Shown: positions 49,228 through 58,544, counted from the stretch's first letter. The stretch: DNA of 64,000 nt from an uncultured Victivallales bacterium (GCA_944390795.1 CALXRI010000010.1:537-64536), one strand, 5' to 3'. Numbers and translations: made by a program. Notes: generated by a model from the letters alone, not told the origin.

Positions 49228-50145
49228 ATGGATCCCGCTTTTTATGTCATCGGCCCGCTCATCGGTTTCATCGGCATGATGTCGGGGGGATACTGGGGCG
49301 TCGGGTGCGGCTGGATCGTCGTGCCGACCATGCTGATTCTTGGATGCGATCCGATGCAGGCGGTCGGAATCGGACTTCTGCAGATGGTTCCGTCCACCAT
49401 TCTCACTGTTTCGAAGCAGGCCCCGCAGATCGGCTGGAAAAAAGGTTCGCCGGGACTTTCTCTCGCGCTTCCGATCGGAATCGGCGCGGCGCTTACGTCG
49501 CTCTTCGGGAAAAGCATCAACACGAAGCTGATTGCCTTGACCGGCGATGCGCGCTGGCTTCAGTGGATGCTGATCGTCATTATTCTGGTCATCATCTTTC
49601 AGACGCTTGCCAGCAAAACCGCCTGCTACAACGACGAGATGCCGCCGATCACGCCCGGGAAAAGCCGGATCGCCCTCGTGATGGGCCTGCTGACAGGCAT
49701 TCTCTCCTCCATGCTCGGCATCGGGGGCGGACTTCTGATCCGCCCGCTGCTGACAAGCGGATTCAAAGTTCCGGAATACTATACCAGCCGGATTGTCCGC
49801 CTTCTGGTTCTGGTGACGACCGTCACCGGAGGACTGACCTATCTGATTGCGCGCAGCGGCTTTGACTGGCACATGTTTGCAATTTCCATGCTGGTCGCCG
49901 TCGGAGGCATCTTCGGATTTCCGCTCGGGGCGAAACTGCATGCGATCATCTATGACAACGGCTATGCGCAGCACATTCACAAGAGTTTCGCCGTCGTCGC
50001 GATTGCGGTTCTGGCCAATACCGTGCTCAACATCTACGGTCATGCGGAACTCAGCCGTTATCTCATGCTGGCGATTGCCGCGGGACTTGTGCTCTATCTT
50101 GCCGTTTTCACCGTGTATGCGGGACGGCATCCCAAGGCGCACTGA
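49228..50145 (+). CDS. TauE/SafE-family (sulfite/anion exporter-like) membrane protein
   Basis: About 8 TM helices with duplicated G-rich motifs (GGYWGVGCGWIVVP; LGIGGGLLIRP) typical of TauE/SafE. It starts 2 nt after the SGNH hydrolase stop. Confidence 0.75.
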   Translation: MDPAFYVIGPLIGFIGMMSGGYWGVGCGWIVVPTMLILGCDPMQAVGIGLLQMVPSTILTVSKQAPQIGWKKGSPGLSLALPIGIGAALTSLFGKSINTKLIALTGDARWLQWMLIVIILVIIFQTLASKTACYNDEMPPITPGKSRIALVMGLLTGILSSMLGIGGGLLIRPLLTSGFKVPEYYTSRIVRLLVLVTTVTGGLTYLIARSGFDWHMFAISMLVAVGGIFGFPLGAKLHAIIYDNGYAQHIHKSFAVVAIAVLANTVLNIYGHAELSRYLMLAIAAGLVLYLAVFTVYAGRHPKAH

Positions 50146-50260
50146 GCGTTGCAGATGCGCTTCTCCGGAAAGTCACCGGAAAAGCGTCCGCCGGAAAATG
50201 CCGCGTCATGAGGCACTTCCGGTTCCTCCGTCTTTTCCCTGGAATCGGAAACCGAAAAAG

Positions 50261-51403
50261 TCAAGCGCCGATCTGAAAAAAGCGTTTAGCCTTTTCCAGA
50301 AAGTTTTCCCGCACAGGGTGCGAGCCTCCGTTTCCCTTGGACTGAAACGTTTCGGAATAATGTTTCAATGCGTTGCGCTGTTCGTCCGAAAGTTTCTTCG
50401 GAACTTCCACGAAAACCTTGACGTAATGGTCGCCCCGTCCCTGTCCGCGCAGGGAGGGCATTCCTTTGCCGCGGATCGTGAACACATCGCCGGTCTGGGT
50501 GCCGGCGGGAATTTCCAGAGAGGTTTTCCCCGTGACGGTCGGAACGTCGACGGTTCCTCCGAGCGCCGCCGTCGGGAAATCGATCGGCACGCTGCAGTAG
50601 ACGGAAAGCCCGTCCCGCTGGAAGATTTCGTGTTCGCGCACGTGCGTGATGACGAAGAGATCGCCGTTCCTGCCGCCGCGGAGCCCCGGTTCGCCTTCGC
50701 CGGCGACCCGCATTCGCGTGCCGGTGTCCACGCCGGGCGGAATGTGCACCTGCACCGTCCGCTTCACTTTGCGCTGTCCGCTTCCGCCGCACTGGCGGCA
50801 TGGCTTCTCCGCCATGACGCCTGCTCCGTGACAGTTCGGGCATTCATGCATGATCGTGAAAAAGCCCTGCGACATTCCGATCTGTCCGCTTCCGCCGCAG
50901 CGGGGGCAGCGTTTCCGGGAGGTTCCCGGTTCGCATCCGGAGCCGGAACAGACTTCGCAGGCGCTCATGCGCTGAAATTCGATCGTCCTGTCTGCGCCGA
51001 ACACCGCCTCTTCAAAGGTGATTTCCAGATTGTAGCGCAGATCCGAACCGTCCACGGGACCGTTCGGATCCGAGCGGCGCGACTGACCTCCGAAGAAGGA
51101 GTCGAAGATGCCTCCGCCCATGCCGCCGAACGCTTCGCGGAAGAGGTCGAACGGATCCATTCCCCCTCCGCCCATGCCGCCGTTCGTGAACGCGGCTTCA
51201 CCGTACTGATCGTAGAGCTGGCGTTTTTCGGGATTGCCGAGAATCTCGTAGGCATGGGAGATTTCCTTGAAATGCTCCTCTGCCGATTTGTCGCCGGGAT
51301 TCTTGTCCGGATGGTATTTGACGGCGAGGCGGCGATAGGATTTTTTGATTTCCGTATCGGTCGCCTCGTGCGTGACCTCGAGGATCTCGTAATAGTCGGC
51401 CAT
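50261..51403 (-). CDS. dnaJ: Molecular chaperone DnaJ
   Basis: J-domain YYEILEV....IKKSYRRLAVKYHPDKN, a G/F region, and four CxxCxGxG zinc-finger repeats. The start ATG overlaps the htpG stop (TGATG). Confidence 0.9.
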   Translation of the reverse strand: MADYYEILEVTHEATDTEIKKSYRRLAVKYHPDKNPGDKSAEEHFKEISHAYEILGNPEKRQLYDQYGEAAFTNGGMGGGGMDPFDLFREAFGGMGGGIFDSFFGGQSRRSDPNGPVDGSDLRYNLEITFEEAVFGADRTIEFQRMSACEVCSGSGCEPGTSRKRCPRCGGSGQIGMSQGFFTIMHECPNCHGAGVMAEKPCRQCGGSGQRKVKRTVQVHIPPGVDTGTRMRVAGEGEPGLRGGRNGDLFVITHVREHEIFQRDGLSVYCSVPIDFPTAALGGTVDVPTVTGKTSLEIPAGTQTGDVFTIRGKGMPSLRGQGRGDHYVKVFVEVPKKLSDEQRNALKHYSETFQSKGNGGSHPVRENFLEKAKRFFQIGA

Positions 51404-53319
51404 CAGTCGGCGCTCGCTTCTTTTTCCACTCCGAGCGTCATCAGTGCGGCGGTGCGTTTCGTGAAGAGCAGCGGATCGGGGATCGGGCTGCCTTCTGCGA
51501 GAAGCGCCTGGTCGTAGAGCATTTCGGAGAACTCGGAAAGCCGCGCGTTGTCCGGCGCCTTTTCATAGAGCTTTTTCATGGCGACCACCAGCGGGTGATC
51601 CGGGTTCAGTTCCAGAATCCGGGGAACGTTGGGCGCGTTTCTGTCCATCGCCTTCAGCACGCGCTGCATGTATGCGCTCGGATCGTATTCATCGCTGACG
51701 AGGCAGCAGGCGCTTTCCGTCAGGCGCGAGGAGAAGCGCACATCCTTGACTTTTGTTCCGAGCGCCTTTTTGATCAGCTCCACGAGCGGCTTGTTTTCGT
51801 CGGCGGCCTTTTTCGTTTTCTCCTCAAGCTCCTTCTGGATGGATTCGTCGAACTTGACGTCTCCCTTGTTGACGGATTTGAGCTTCTTCCCGTCATAGGC
51901 GCCGATCTCGGAGATCACCCATTCGTCGATGGGGTCGGTCATGAAGAGAACATCGTAGTTCTCCTTGCGGAGAATTTCCAGATGCGGCGAGGATTCCAGC
52001 GTTTCGCGGCTGTCGCCTGTGATGTAGTAGATCTCCTGCTGGAGAGCGGGCATCGCGTCGCGGTACTCCTTCAGCGTCACGAGCTTGCCCTTCGGTCCGT
52101 TCATGGTCTCGAACAGCAGCAGGTTCTGGAGCTTTTCACGGTTGGCAAAGTCCATGTGGACGCCTTCCTTGATGAGACGCCCGAACTCCTTGTAGAACTG
52201 CTCGTATTTTTCGCGGTCGTTCTCCAGCATCTTCGTGAGCTCGGAGATGATGCGTTTCGCGAGATTCTTGTTGATCTTGAGAATCTGCGGGTTGTCCTGG
52301 AGCATTTCGCGCGAGATGTTCAGCGGCAGGTCGCTGGAGTCCACGACGCCGGAGACAAAGCGGAGGTAATCCGGCAGGAGTCCCGGGCAGTTGTCCGTGA
52401 TGAAGACGCGTCTCACGTAAAGGTGCAGACCGTTGGTTCTGCGTTCGCCGAACTGGAAGTCGAACGGAGCGCGCGCCGGGAGGAAGAGCAGCGCCTTGAA
52501 TTCGGAGGTCCCTTCCGCGCTGTAGGAGATGCGCTTGAGCGGTTCGCCGATCTGTCCGGAAAGGTGCGTATAGAAACTGTTGAACTCCTCGGGCGTCACC
52601 TCGGATTCCGGGCGCAGCCAGATGGCCTTCATGGAATTGAGCGTGGAGTCTTCGACGGTCTCCTTGTCGTCCTTCCTGACGGTGTGACGCATCCGGATCG
52701 GATATTCGATGAAGTCGGAATATTTCTTGATGATCGAGGAGATCTTCCAGTAGTCGAGATAGTTCTTCGCATCCTCTTTCATATGCAGGACAATCGTGGT
52801 GCCCTGACCGTCGCGCTGCGCCTCTTCAATGGTAAATGCTTCGCGCCCGTCGGAGGACCACTTCCATGCCTTGTCCGAACCGGCCTTGCGCGTCAGAATG
52901 TCCACGCGGTCGGCGACCATGAACGAGGAGTAGAAGCCGACGCCGAACTGTCCGATCAGTTCCGGGCCCGATGCGGATGCGTTTCCTTCGGCATCCTTGG
53001 CGCTTTTCATCGCTTCGATGAACGCCTTGGTGCCGGAGCGGGCGATGGTCCCGATGTCGGAAACCAGCTCGTCATGATTCATGCCGATGCCGTTGTCGGA
53101 AATCGTGAGGGTGTTTTCCTTTTCATCTGCTGCGATCCGGATTTCCCACTCCTGGGCGAATTCCGGCTTGCTGAGAGATTCAAAGCGCGCCTTGTCGATC
53201 GCGTCCGCGGCGTTGGCGACCAGTTCGCGGACAAAGATATCCTTGTTGGAATACACCGAGTGAATCATCAGCTGAAGAAGCTGCTGCACCTCGGCCTTGA
53301 ACTGCATGCTGTTTTCCAT
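51403..53319 (-). CDS. htpG: Molecular chaperone HtpG (Hsp90)
   Basis: FKAEVQQLLQLMIHSVYSNKDIFVRELVANAADA, GQFGVGFYS, and a full-length Hsp90 layout. AAGGAGG lies 9 nt upstream. Confidence 0.9.
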   Translation of the reverse strand: MENSMQFKAEVQQLLQLMIHSVYSNKDIFVRELVANAADAIDKARFESLSKPEFAQEWEIRIAADEKENTLTISDNGIGMNHDELVSDIGTIARSGTKAFIEAMKSAKDAEGNASASGPELIGQFGVGFYSSFMVADRVDILTRKAGSDKAWKWSSDGREAFTIEEAQRDGQGTTIVLHMKEDAKNYLDYWKISSIIKKYSDFIEYPIRMRHTVRKDDKETVEDSTLNSMKAIWLRPESEVTPEEFNSFYTHLSGQIGEPLKRISYSAEGTSEFKALLFLPARAPFDFQFGERRTNGLHLYVRRVFITDNCPGLLPDYLRFVSGVVDSSDLPLNISREMLQDNPQILKINKNLAKRIISELTKMLENDREKYEQFYKEFGRLIKEGVHMDFANREKLQNLLLFETMNGPKGKLVTLKEYRDAMPALQQEIYYITGDSRETLESSPHLEILRKENYDVLFMTDPIDEWVISEIGAYDGKKLKSVNKGDVKFDESIQKELEEKTKKAADENKPLVELIKKALGTKVKDVRFSSRLTESACCLVSDEYDPSAYMQRVLKAMDRNAPNVPRILELNPDHPLVVAMKKLYEKAPDNARLSEFSEMLYDQALLAEGSPIPDPLLFTKRTAALMTLGVEKEASAD

Positions 53320-53358
53320 AAGGGGGGACCTCCTTCTCTTCTGACGGGGAAAAACGGG

Positions 53359-53565
53359 TTATTTCGAGGGGGCGGGGGATGTGTTCTTGAAATCGGTGCA
53401 GTAAAAACCTTTTCCGTGAAAGATGATACCGGCGCCGCCGCCGATTTTCCGTTTCAGCTTCATTGCCTTGCATTTCGGGCACTGTTTGAGTTTTTCATCC
53501 GTCATGCGCTGAAAGACATCAAAATCATGTCCGCATTCTTCGCACACATACTCATACGTAGGCAT
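53359..53565 (-). CDS. FmdB-family zinc-ribbon protein (CxxC...CxxC)
   Basis: MPTYEYVCEECGHDFDVFQRMTDEKLKQCPKCK is the canonical FmdB/CxxC_CxxC_SSSS N-terminus. AAGGAG lies 7 nt upstream of the ATG at 53565, and the gene sits 39 nt upstream of htpG. Confidence 0.75.
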   Translation of the reverse strand: MPTYEYVCEECGHDFDVFQRMTDEKLKQCPKCKAMKLKRKIGGGAGIIFHGKGFYCTDFKNTSPAPSK

Positions 53566-53652
53566 TTTCAAACTCCTTTGTTTTCTTCTATCTTAAAATT
53601 TTATTTTTTCTGCAATAACCGGAGAATCAAGCATTCTTTGTGCCAGAAATCT

Positions 53653-53682
53653 TAAATGCTGCACAATATTCTGATTTTCAAG
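53653..53682 (-). promoter_or_regulatory. Sigma32-like (heat-shock) promoter candidate upstream of the zinc-ribbon-htpG-dnaJ operon
   Basis: On the minus strand: CTTGAAA (53682-53676), a 14-nt spacer, then CAGCATTTA (53661-53653). Compare the E. coli sigma32 consensus CTTGAAA-N13-15-CCCCATNTA; the -10 matches 7 of 9 positions. Confidence 0.3.
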
Positions 53683-53761
53683 CTGATGTGTTGAATCGTC
53701 CCGTGATGAAAACCGTTTTTTTTGAGACATTGTGACACAGCCCGCATCCGGTTTGGCACAG

Positions 53762-54517
53762 TCAGAAGAAAAGCTTGAGCGCCGCCGCCGCGGAAAGAAA
53801 CAGCACGATTTTTTCAAAAAGCCGCTGCGGAAGTTTTTTCAGCACCCAGATTCCCAGCGCAGCTCCGGCAAGCAGCAGGGGAATCATGGCGAGATCCGCG
53901 CGGAAGGATTCCGGCGTAATGCGCCCCTGCGCGTAAAAGATCGGCAGTTTGAGCCAGTTCAGGAGAAAGAAATACCATGCCGCGGTTCCCATGTATTCGG
54001 TTTTCTTGTCGAACCGCATGGAGATCAGGTAGATTGCCATGATCGGACCCGCGGCGTTGGCCACCAGGGTTGTGAATCCCGCGAGGAGACCGAAGAAGGC
54101 GGAGAAGGTCCAGTGGGTCGGAACTTTTGTCGTGTCGCGCCAGATGAAATCCTTGAGAGTCGTGAAAACGCAGAGCCCGAGGACGATGATGCCGATCAGG
54201 ATGTTCAGATTCACGTTTGACGCGAAGTAAAGCACAAGCACGCCGATTCCGATTCCGGCGAGGGCGGCCGGCAGGAGCCGTAGAATAATGTGCCAGTTCA
54301 CCGTTTTTCTGTAACAGATGATTGCCGGAATGTCCGCCATGGCGATCATCATCAGCTGAAGTCCGGTGGACAGCCCCGGTTCGAATGTGTTTGCCAGCAT
54401 CACGACCGGAAGCAGCCCGAGTCCCGGCATTCCTGTTTTATTGATTCCGATGATGACGGCGGAAACGCACAGCACGGCAATCTGAAGCGCTGAAAACCCC
54501 TGAAAGAAAAAGTCCAT
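53762..54517 (-). CDS. TauE/SafE-family membrane protein (second copy in the window)
   Basis: A polytopic membrane protein with TauE-type G-rich motifs (INKTGMPGLGLLPV; ANAAGPIMAIYL). Confidence 0.75.
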   Translation of the reverse strand: MDFFFQGFSALQIAVLCVSAVIIGINKTGMPGLGLLPVVMLANTFEPGLSTGLQLMMIAMADIPAIICYRKTVNWHIILRLLPAALAGIGIGVLVLYFASNVNLNILIGIIVLGLCVFTTLKDFIWRDTTKVPTHWTFSAFFGLLAGFTTLVANAAGPIMAIYLISMRFDKKTEYMGTAAWYFFLLNWLKLPIFYAQGRITPESFRADLAMIPLLLAGAALGIWVLKKLPQRLFEKIVLFLSAAAALKLFF

Positions 54518-54637
54518 TTCGGCTCCTGTTTTTCAAATAAAGCACATAATATACCATAAAAAGGAGAATATGCCATGGAAAAAGGAGGATTTCCCCGGAA
54601 AATCGGGGCTGATGAGAAACGGGAGCGGATTTCGGCT

Positions 54638-55666
54638 TCAGTTTTTCCGCCCGCCGTGGCGGCTTTCGTCCGCGATTCTTTTTTCCAGCGCGGCGCGGAT
54701 GGCGTTCCTGACCGTATCGAAGGAACGGTCCGTGGCGGCGCTGATCGGGACAATCGGGATGCCGCGGACTTTTTTCCGGAGCAGTTTCAGATTTTCCGCG
54801 CTTTCGGGAAGATCCATTTTATTGGCAATGATCAGACAGGCGCGTCTGCTCAGGTCCTTCATATAGAGTTCAAGCTCTTTCTTGAGCGTCTTGAGGTCGT
54901 CGCAGGGATTGCGCCCGTCGACGCCCGCCATGTCAAGCACGTAAATCAGGATTTTCGTCCGCTCGATATGCCGGAGGAACGAGTGCCCGAGTCCGACGTT
55001 GCGGTGGGCGCCGTCGAGCAGGCCCGGCACGTCGGCCATGAGAAGCGTCCTGAAATCGGGATATTCCACCACTCCGACCACGGGATGGCGCGTGGTGAAG
55101 GGATAAGGCGCGACTTTCGGCTTCGCGTTGGAGATCGCCGACAGCAGAGTCGATTTCCCTGCGTTCGGGAATCCGACCAGCCCCGCGTCCGCGATCATCT
55201 TCAATTCCAGTTCCACGGGAATCGGTTCGGTCTTTTCTCCGGGTTCATGTTCGCGCGGCGCGCGGTTGACGCTCGTGGCAAACCGGGTGTTGCCGCGTCC
55301 GCCCTTTCCGCCGTATGCCACGACGACTTCCTTGTCCGGAGTGTCGATGTCCGCAAGCACCTCTCCCGTTTCGGCATTCCGGACGATGGTTCCCGGAGGG
55401 ACCTTGATTTTCAGATCCTTTCCGCGCCTCCCGTGCATGTCCTTGCTTTTTCCGGGAATGCCGTTTTCTGCGGTGAAGCGGCGCGTGTAAAGGAAATCCT
55501 GGAGGGTCTGTTCTCCCGGCGCCGCTACGAACACGACATTGCCGCCGTTTCCTCCGTCGCCTCCGTTCGGCCCGCCCTTCGGGATAAAGGCCTCACGGCG
55601 GAAGCTGCAGCATCCGTTGCCGCCGTTTCCCGCCTTGATGGTGATCTGGGCTTTGTCTATGAACAT
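54638..55666 (-). CDS. obg: GTPase Obg/CgtA
   Basis: MFIDKAQITIKAGNGGNGCCSFRRE..IPKGGPNGGDGGNGG (Obg fold), with G1 GFPNAGKST, G3 DVPG and G4 NKMD. I chose the ATG at 55666. Confidence 0.9.
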   Translation of the reverse strand: MFIDKAQITIKAGNGGNGCCSFRREAFIPKGGPNGGDGGNGGNVVFVAAPGEQTLQDFLYTRRFTAENGIPGKSKDMHGRRGKDLKIKVPPGTIVRNAETGEVLADIDTPDKEVVVAYGGKGGRGNTRFATSVNRAPREHEPGEKTEPIPVELELKMIADAGLVGFPNAGKSTLLSAISNAKPKVAPYPFTTRHPVVGVVEYPDFRTLLMADVPGLLDGAHRNVGLGHSFLRHIERTKILIYVLDMAGVDGRNPCDDLKTLKKELELYMKDLSRRACLIIANKMDLPESAENLKLLRKKVRGIPIVPISAATDRSFDTVRNAIRAALEKRIADESRHGGRKN

Positions 55667-55701
55667 GAATGTGCTCCGGGATATGTTGCTCTGAAAGTCC
55701 A

Positions 55702-55734
55702 AAAAAAAAGCCCGGAGTCAGAAGGTCCGGGCTT
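55702..55734 (-). terminator. Rho-independent terminator between rpmA and obg
   Basis: On the minus strand: AGCCCGGA, a 9-nt loop, then TCCGGGCT (a perfect 8-bp stem) followed by T8. It lies 19 nt after the rpmA stop and 35 nt before the obg ATG. Confidence 0.75.
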
Positions 55735-55753
55735 GAAATGGACGCAGGGAAAA

Positions 55754-56020
55754 TCAGTTGGCCGCTTCTGCCGCGGGGGCGGGAATGACATCGATGGTGC
55801 GTCTCGCCTTGGAAAATTTCACCGTCCCGTCGGCGAGTGCGAAAAGCGTATAGTCTCTGCCGCATCCGACATTTTTGCCGGGATGGTATTTCGTGCCGCG
55901 CTGACGGATGATGATGCTGCCGGTGGTGACGAACTCGCCGCCGAACGCCTTGACGCCGAGCATCTTCGGCTGGCTGTCGCGCCCGTTTCTGCTGCTGGAC
56001 TGACCTTTTTTATGTGCCAT
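55754..56020 (-). CDS. rpmA: 50S ribosomal protein L27
   Basis: [48 protein letters not shown] is the canonical L27 sequence. Confidence 0.9.
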   Translation of the reverse strand: MAHKKGQSSSRNGRDSQPKMLGVKAFGGEFVTTGSIIIRQRGTKYHPGKNVGCGRDYTLFALADGTVKFSKARRTIDVIPAPAAEAAN

Positions 56021-56075
56021 GATATGTCTCCTTGGAGTAATAGCATTTTCAGATTACATGCAAACATAGGCAGAT

Positions 56076-56103
56076 ACTATAGCCTGTCTTTTGTTTTTTG
56101 CAA
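56076..56103 (-). promoter_or_regulatory. Sigma70-type promoter candidate for rpmA
   Basis: On the minus strand: TTGCAA (56103-56098), a 16-nt spacer, then TATAGT (56081-56076), about 55 nt upstream of the rpmA ATG. Confidence 0.45.
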
Positions 56104-56145
56104 CCTGTTTTTCCGAGAAATCGGGAATTTTCCCGTTTTTCGTGC

Positions 56146-57630
56146 TTATGCCGGTTTCTGCCGCTGCTCCGCGCCGGAGGGATTTTCGTCCGTTGCGGGC
56201 GGCAGATCGATGACGCTGATATGTTTCCATGCGCCGCTTTTTCTGCGCCAGAGCATGAAAAACGCATCCGTTGCAATGTAAAAGGTAATGAAAAGCCAGA
56301 CCGTTCCCACCGAGGCATGCGCGAAGTAGACGAGATAGACGGTGCCGGGAATCTGGATCAGCCAGGAGGTTCCGAGTCCGATCAGGAGCGGAACGAAGGT
56401 GTCGCCCGCGCCGCGCAGACTGCCCATCGTGATGAAACGCGTCGCGTCGAGCAGGTTGAAGATCACCGCGAGACGGAGAATGGAAACGATATATTCGGTC
56501 ACGAGTGTGTTGTCCATATTGGTCGTTCCCTGGTTCTGCGAGTCGAAAATACGGATCAGGAGCTGGGGGAAAAAGAGGTAGATCACGGAGATGGAGAGCA
56601 TCCAGACGAAGAGAATCCGGATGGAGCGTCCCGCGATCCTGTCCGCGACGAGCAGGCGGCGTTTCCCGATGTACTGCCCCGTGATGATGCTGGTGGCGTC
56701 CATCAGGCCGATCATCGGCATGTTGCCGATCATGTTGATCGAGAGCGCGATGCTGGTTGCCGCGAGCGGTTCGGTTCCGAGACGGCCGATCATGATGATG
56801 ACGCAGGCGAAGGCGGCGTTTCGCAGAAAGGTCTGAAAGCCGGCGGGGGTGCCGAAGCAGAGCAGTTTCCGGAGGTATTCCATATGGAGACTCTTGTGTT
56901 TCCGTGTTTCATACTCCTTCTGGTCGACTAGCAGAAAGCAGGAGGCGGAAATGCCGAGGGAGCAGAGACTTGCAATGGAGCTTGCGAACCCCGCGCCGAG
57001 GATGCCAAGCGGCGGCAGCCCGAACTTGCCGAATACGAAAACATAGTTCAGCGGAATGGAGATCAGGCAGCCGATGATTTTGATGGCCGCCACGATCCGG
57101 GTTTTCCCGCGTCCGGTGAAAAACGAGAGAAAGGGGGTTTCCATGCAGATCAGTCCCGCGCACGGAGACAGGGCGATGAAGTACTCCGCCTCATAGGCGG
57201 CAATCTGGGGATGATGTCCGTTGTGCGTCAGAATCCAGGCTCCTCCGAGTGGAAGCAGATAGGCCAGAATTGCCGCGACGATCGCGCCGAAATAGAATCC
57301 GTTCCAGGTGGCGCGGATGCATCCGGTCCGGTTGTCCGAGCCGTGATGCTGTGCGACGATTGTCGCCGTGAACGATGTCGTGATGAGGAAGAACGCCATC
57401 AATGTGAAGAACATCTGGGAGGCAGGCATGGATGCCGCGACCTCGTCCTTGGAATCCCACGCGAGAAAGACCCGGTTGGTGATCATCATGATTGTGTTGC
57501 TTGCGCTGAGGATGATGAGCGGCCATGCGATGCGCCAGATTTCCAGATATCCGCCCGGCTCGAAAAACTGGCGTTTGCTGAAATAGCCGACAAATGTCCG
57601 GAAGACGGAAAAAAACAGTTTGCTGAACAT
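56146..57630 (-). CDS. MATE-family efflux transporter
   Basis: About 12 TM, an N-terminal EIWRIAWPLIL.....T.M...... motif, and the duplicated 6-TM pattern typical of MATE/NorM proteins. Confidence 0.8.
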   Translation of the reverse strand: MFSKLFFSVFRTFVGYFSKRQFFEPGGYLEIWRIAWPLIILSASNTIMMITNRVFLAWDSKDEVAASMPASQMFFTLMAFFLITTSFTATIVAQHHGSDNRTGCIRATWNGFYFGAIVAAILAYLLPLGGAWILTHNGHHPQIAAYEAEYFIALSPCAGLICMETPFLSFFTGRGKTRIVAAIKIIGCLISIPLNYVFVFGKFGLPPLGILGAGFASSIASLCSLGISASCFLLVDQKEYETRKHKSLHMEYLRKLLCFGTPAGFQTFLRNAAFACVIIMIGRLGTEPLAATSIALSINMIGNMPMIGLMDATSIITGQYIGKRRLLVADRIAGRSIRILFVWMLSISVIYLFFPQLLIRIFDSQNQGTTNMDNTLVTEYIVSILRLAVIFNLLDATRFITMGSLRGAGDTFVPLLIGLGTSWLIQIPGTVYLVYFAHASVGTVWLFITFYIATDAFFMLWRRKSGAWKHISVIDLPPATDENPSGAEQRQKPA

Positions 57631-57789
57631 AATCTCTCTCTGCCGGAAAGCCGGATGGACGCCGTTTCCGGCCGCTCCGGAGTTTTCCTTGAATTTCCTG
57701 CGTTACAGGGCAGAGGAATATAATCTTTGTTCCGCATTTTTCCAGCGGCGGCGGAGAAAAATTTGATTTTTAAACAGTGTCGTCCCATA

Positions 57790-58405
57790 ATTCTTTGAAA
57801 TCGTCATTCTAACCACCCTATTTGAGCCTGAGTTGATTGTTTTTTAAAATTACCCATTTCCGGTTTTTCCTTTTCGTTGAGTTGGATTATAGTTGTGCGA
57901 ATCCTGGTAAATATGCCTGTTCCGGAGCGCCTCGCATACGGACAGAGTCAGATGCTGTCCCACAACATCTGAGGACACTTCCCATATCCAGGCAGCGCCA
58001 GATGACTCCGCGCAAGGCAGTGAACAATCTTGTAAAAGTATGCTTCCATTCATTCTGCCATGCAATAAATCGGAGTAAAACATATGTCAGAAGAGCCGTC
58101 CATATTTGCCAGCGCACCGCGTTCTCGTTGTAGCCAATGAAGTCTGAGAGTTGAAGAGTCTGCTTGATCTCCTTGAAGAAAACTTCAATGGCCCAGCGAG
58201 CCTTGTAGAGATCGCAAATAGAGCTTGCCGCCCAAGTGAAGTTGTCGGTGATGAAGGTCATCCGTTTGGGCTTTCCGTCGATTTCGACGATTGCTTCGAT
58301 CAGACGGAGAGTTTCAGTTGAGGTTATTGACGGAATGATGCGCGGCGGCTCCATCAGCACGGTGAATGTCCTGTATACCAATGCGGATTTCAATGTCCCT
58401 GTCAA
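57790..58405. mobile_element. Truncated IS4-family insertion sequence (3' part only)
   Basis: Visibly lower GC than the flanks. It contains only the C-terminal third of a DDE transposase. The left boundary (about 57790) is estimated from the composition change, and the right boundary is the junction with a pilin-gene fragment. Confidence 0.55.
57887..58405 (-). pseudogene. IS4-family DDE transposase, C-terminal fragment
   Basis: FITDNF....ICDLYKARWAIEVFFKEIKQ is the Y-x2-R-x3-E-x6-K signature around the catalytic E of IS4-type transposases. The N-terminal region carrying the two catalytic D residues is absent. Confidence 0.65.
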
Positions 58406-58544
58406 TTTGGCTGTTGCCTATCGCCATTCCAATCGTGTCAATGTTTTACATGCGGCAGGCAATGTCGGCAGTTATGCCTTACGCGATCGGATTTGGGTCA
58501 ATGACGGCACTGCTCCGACGGCTCTGCGCTGGTCGCGGGATTAG
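58374..58544 (+). pseudogene. C-terminal fragment of a prepilin/DUF1559-like gene (paralog of 32038-32832)
   Basis: The fragment RHSNRVNVLHAAGNVGSY aligns with [18 protein letters not shown] of the intact pilin-like protein in this window. The N-terminal FTLIELL domain is not present upstream. The 5' boundary is approximate. Confidence 0.5.

Noticed and set aside
50158-50186. An 11-bp stem-loop just after the first TauE gene (and similar hairpins at 20438-20465 and 10203-10219), considered as intrinsic terminators.
   Set aside because: None is followed by a proper T-run on the relevant strand, so a terminator function is not supported well enough to list these as features.
51595-53655. A 686-aa ORF antisense to htpG and the zinc-ribbon gene.
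   Set aside because: Same reasoning: htpG is unambiguous and the antisense product has no recognisable features.
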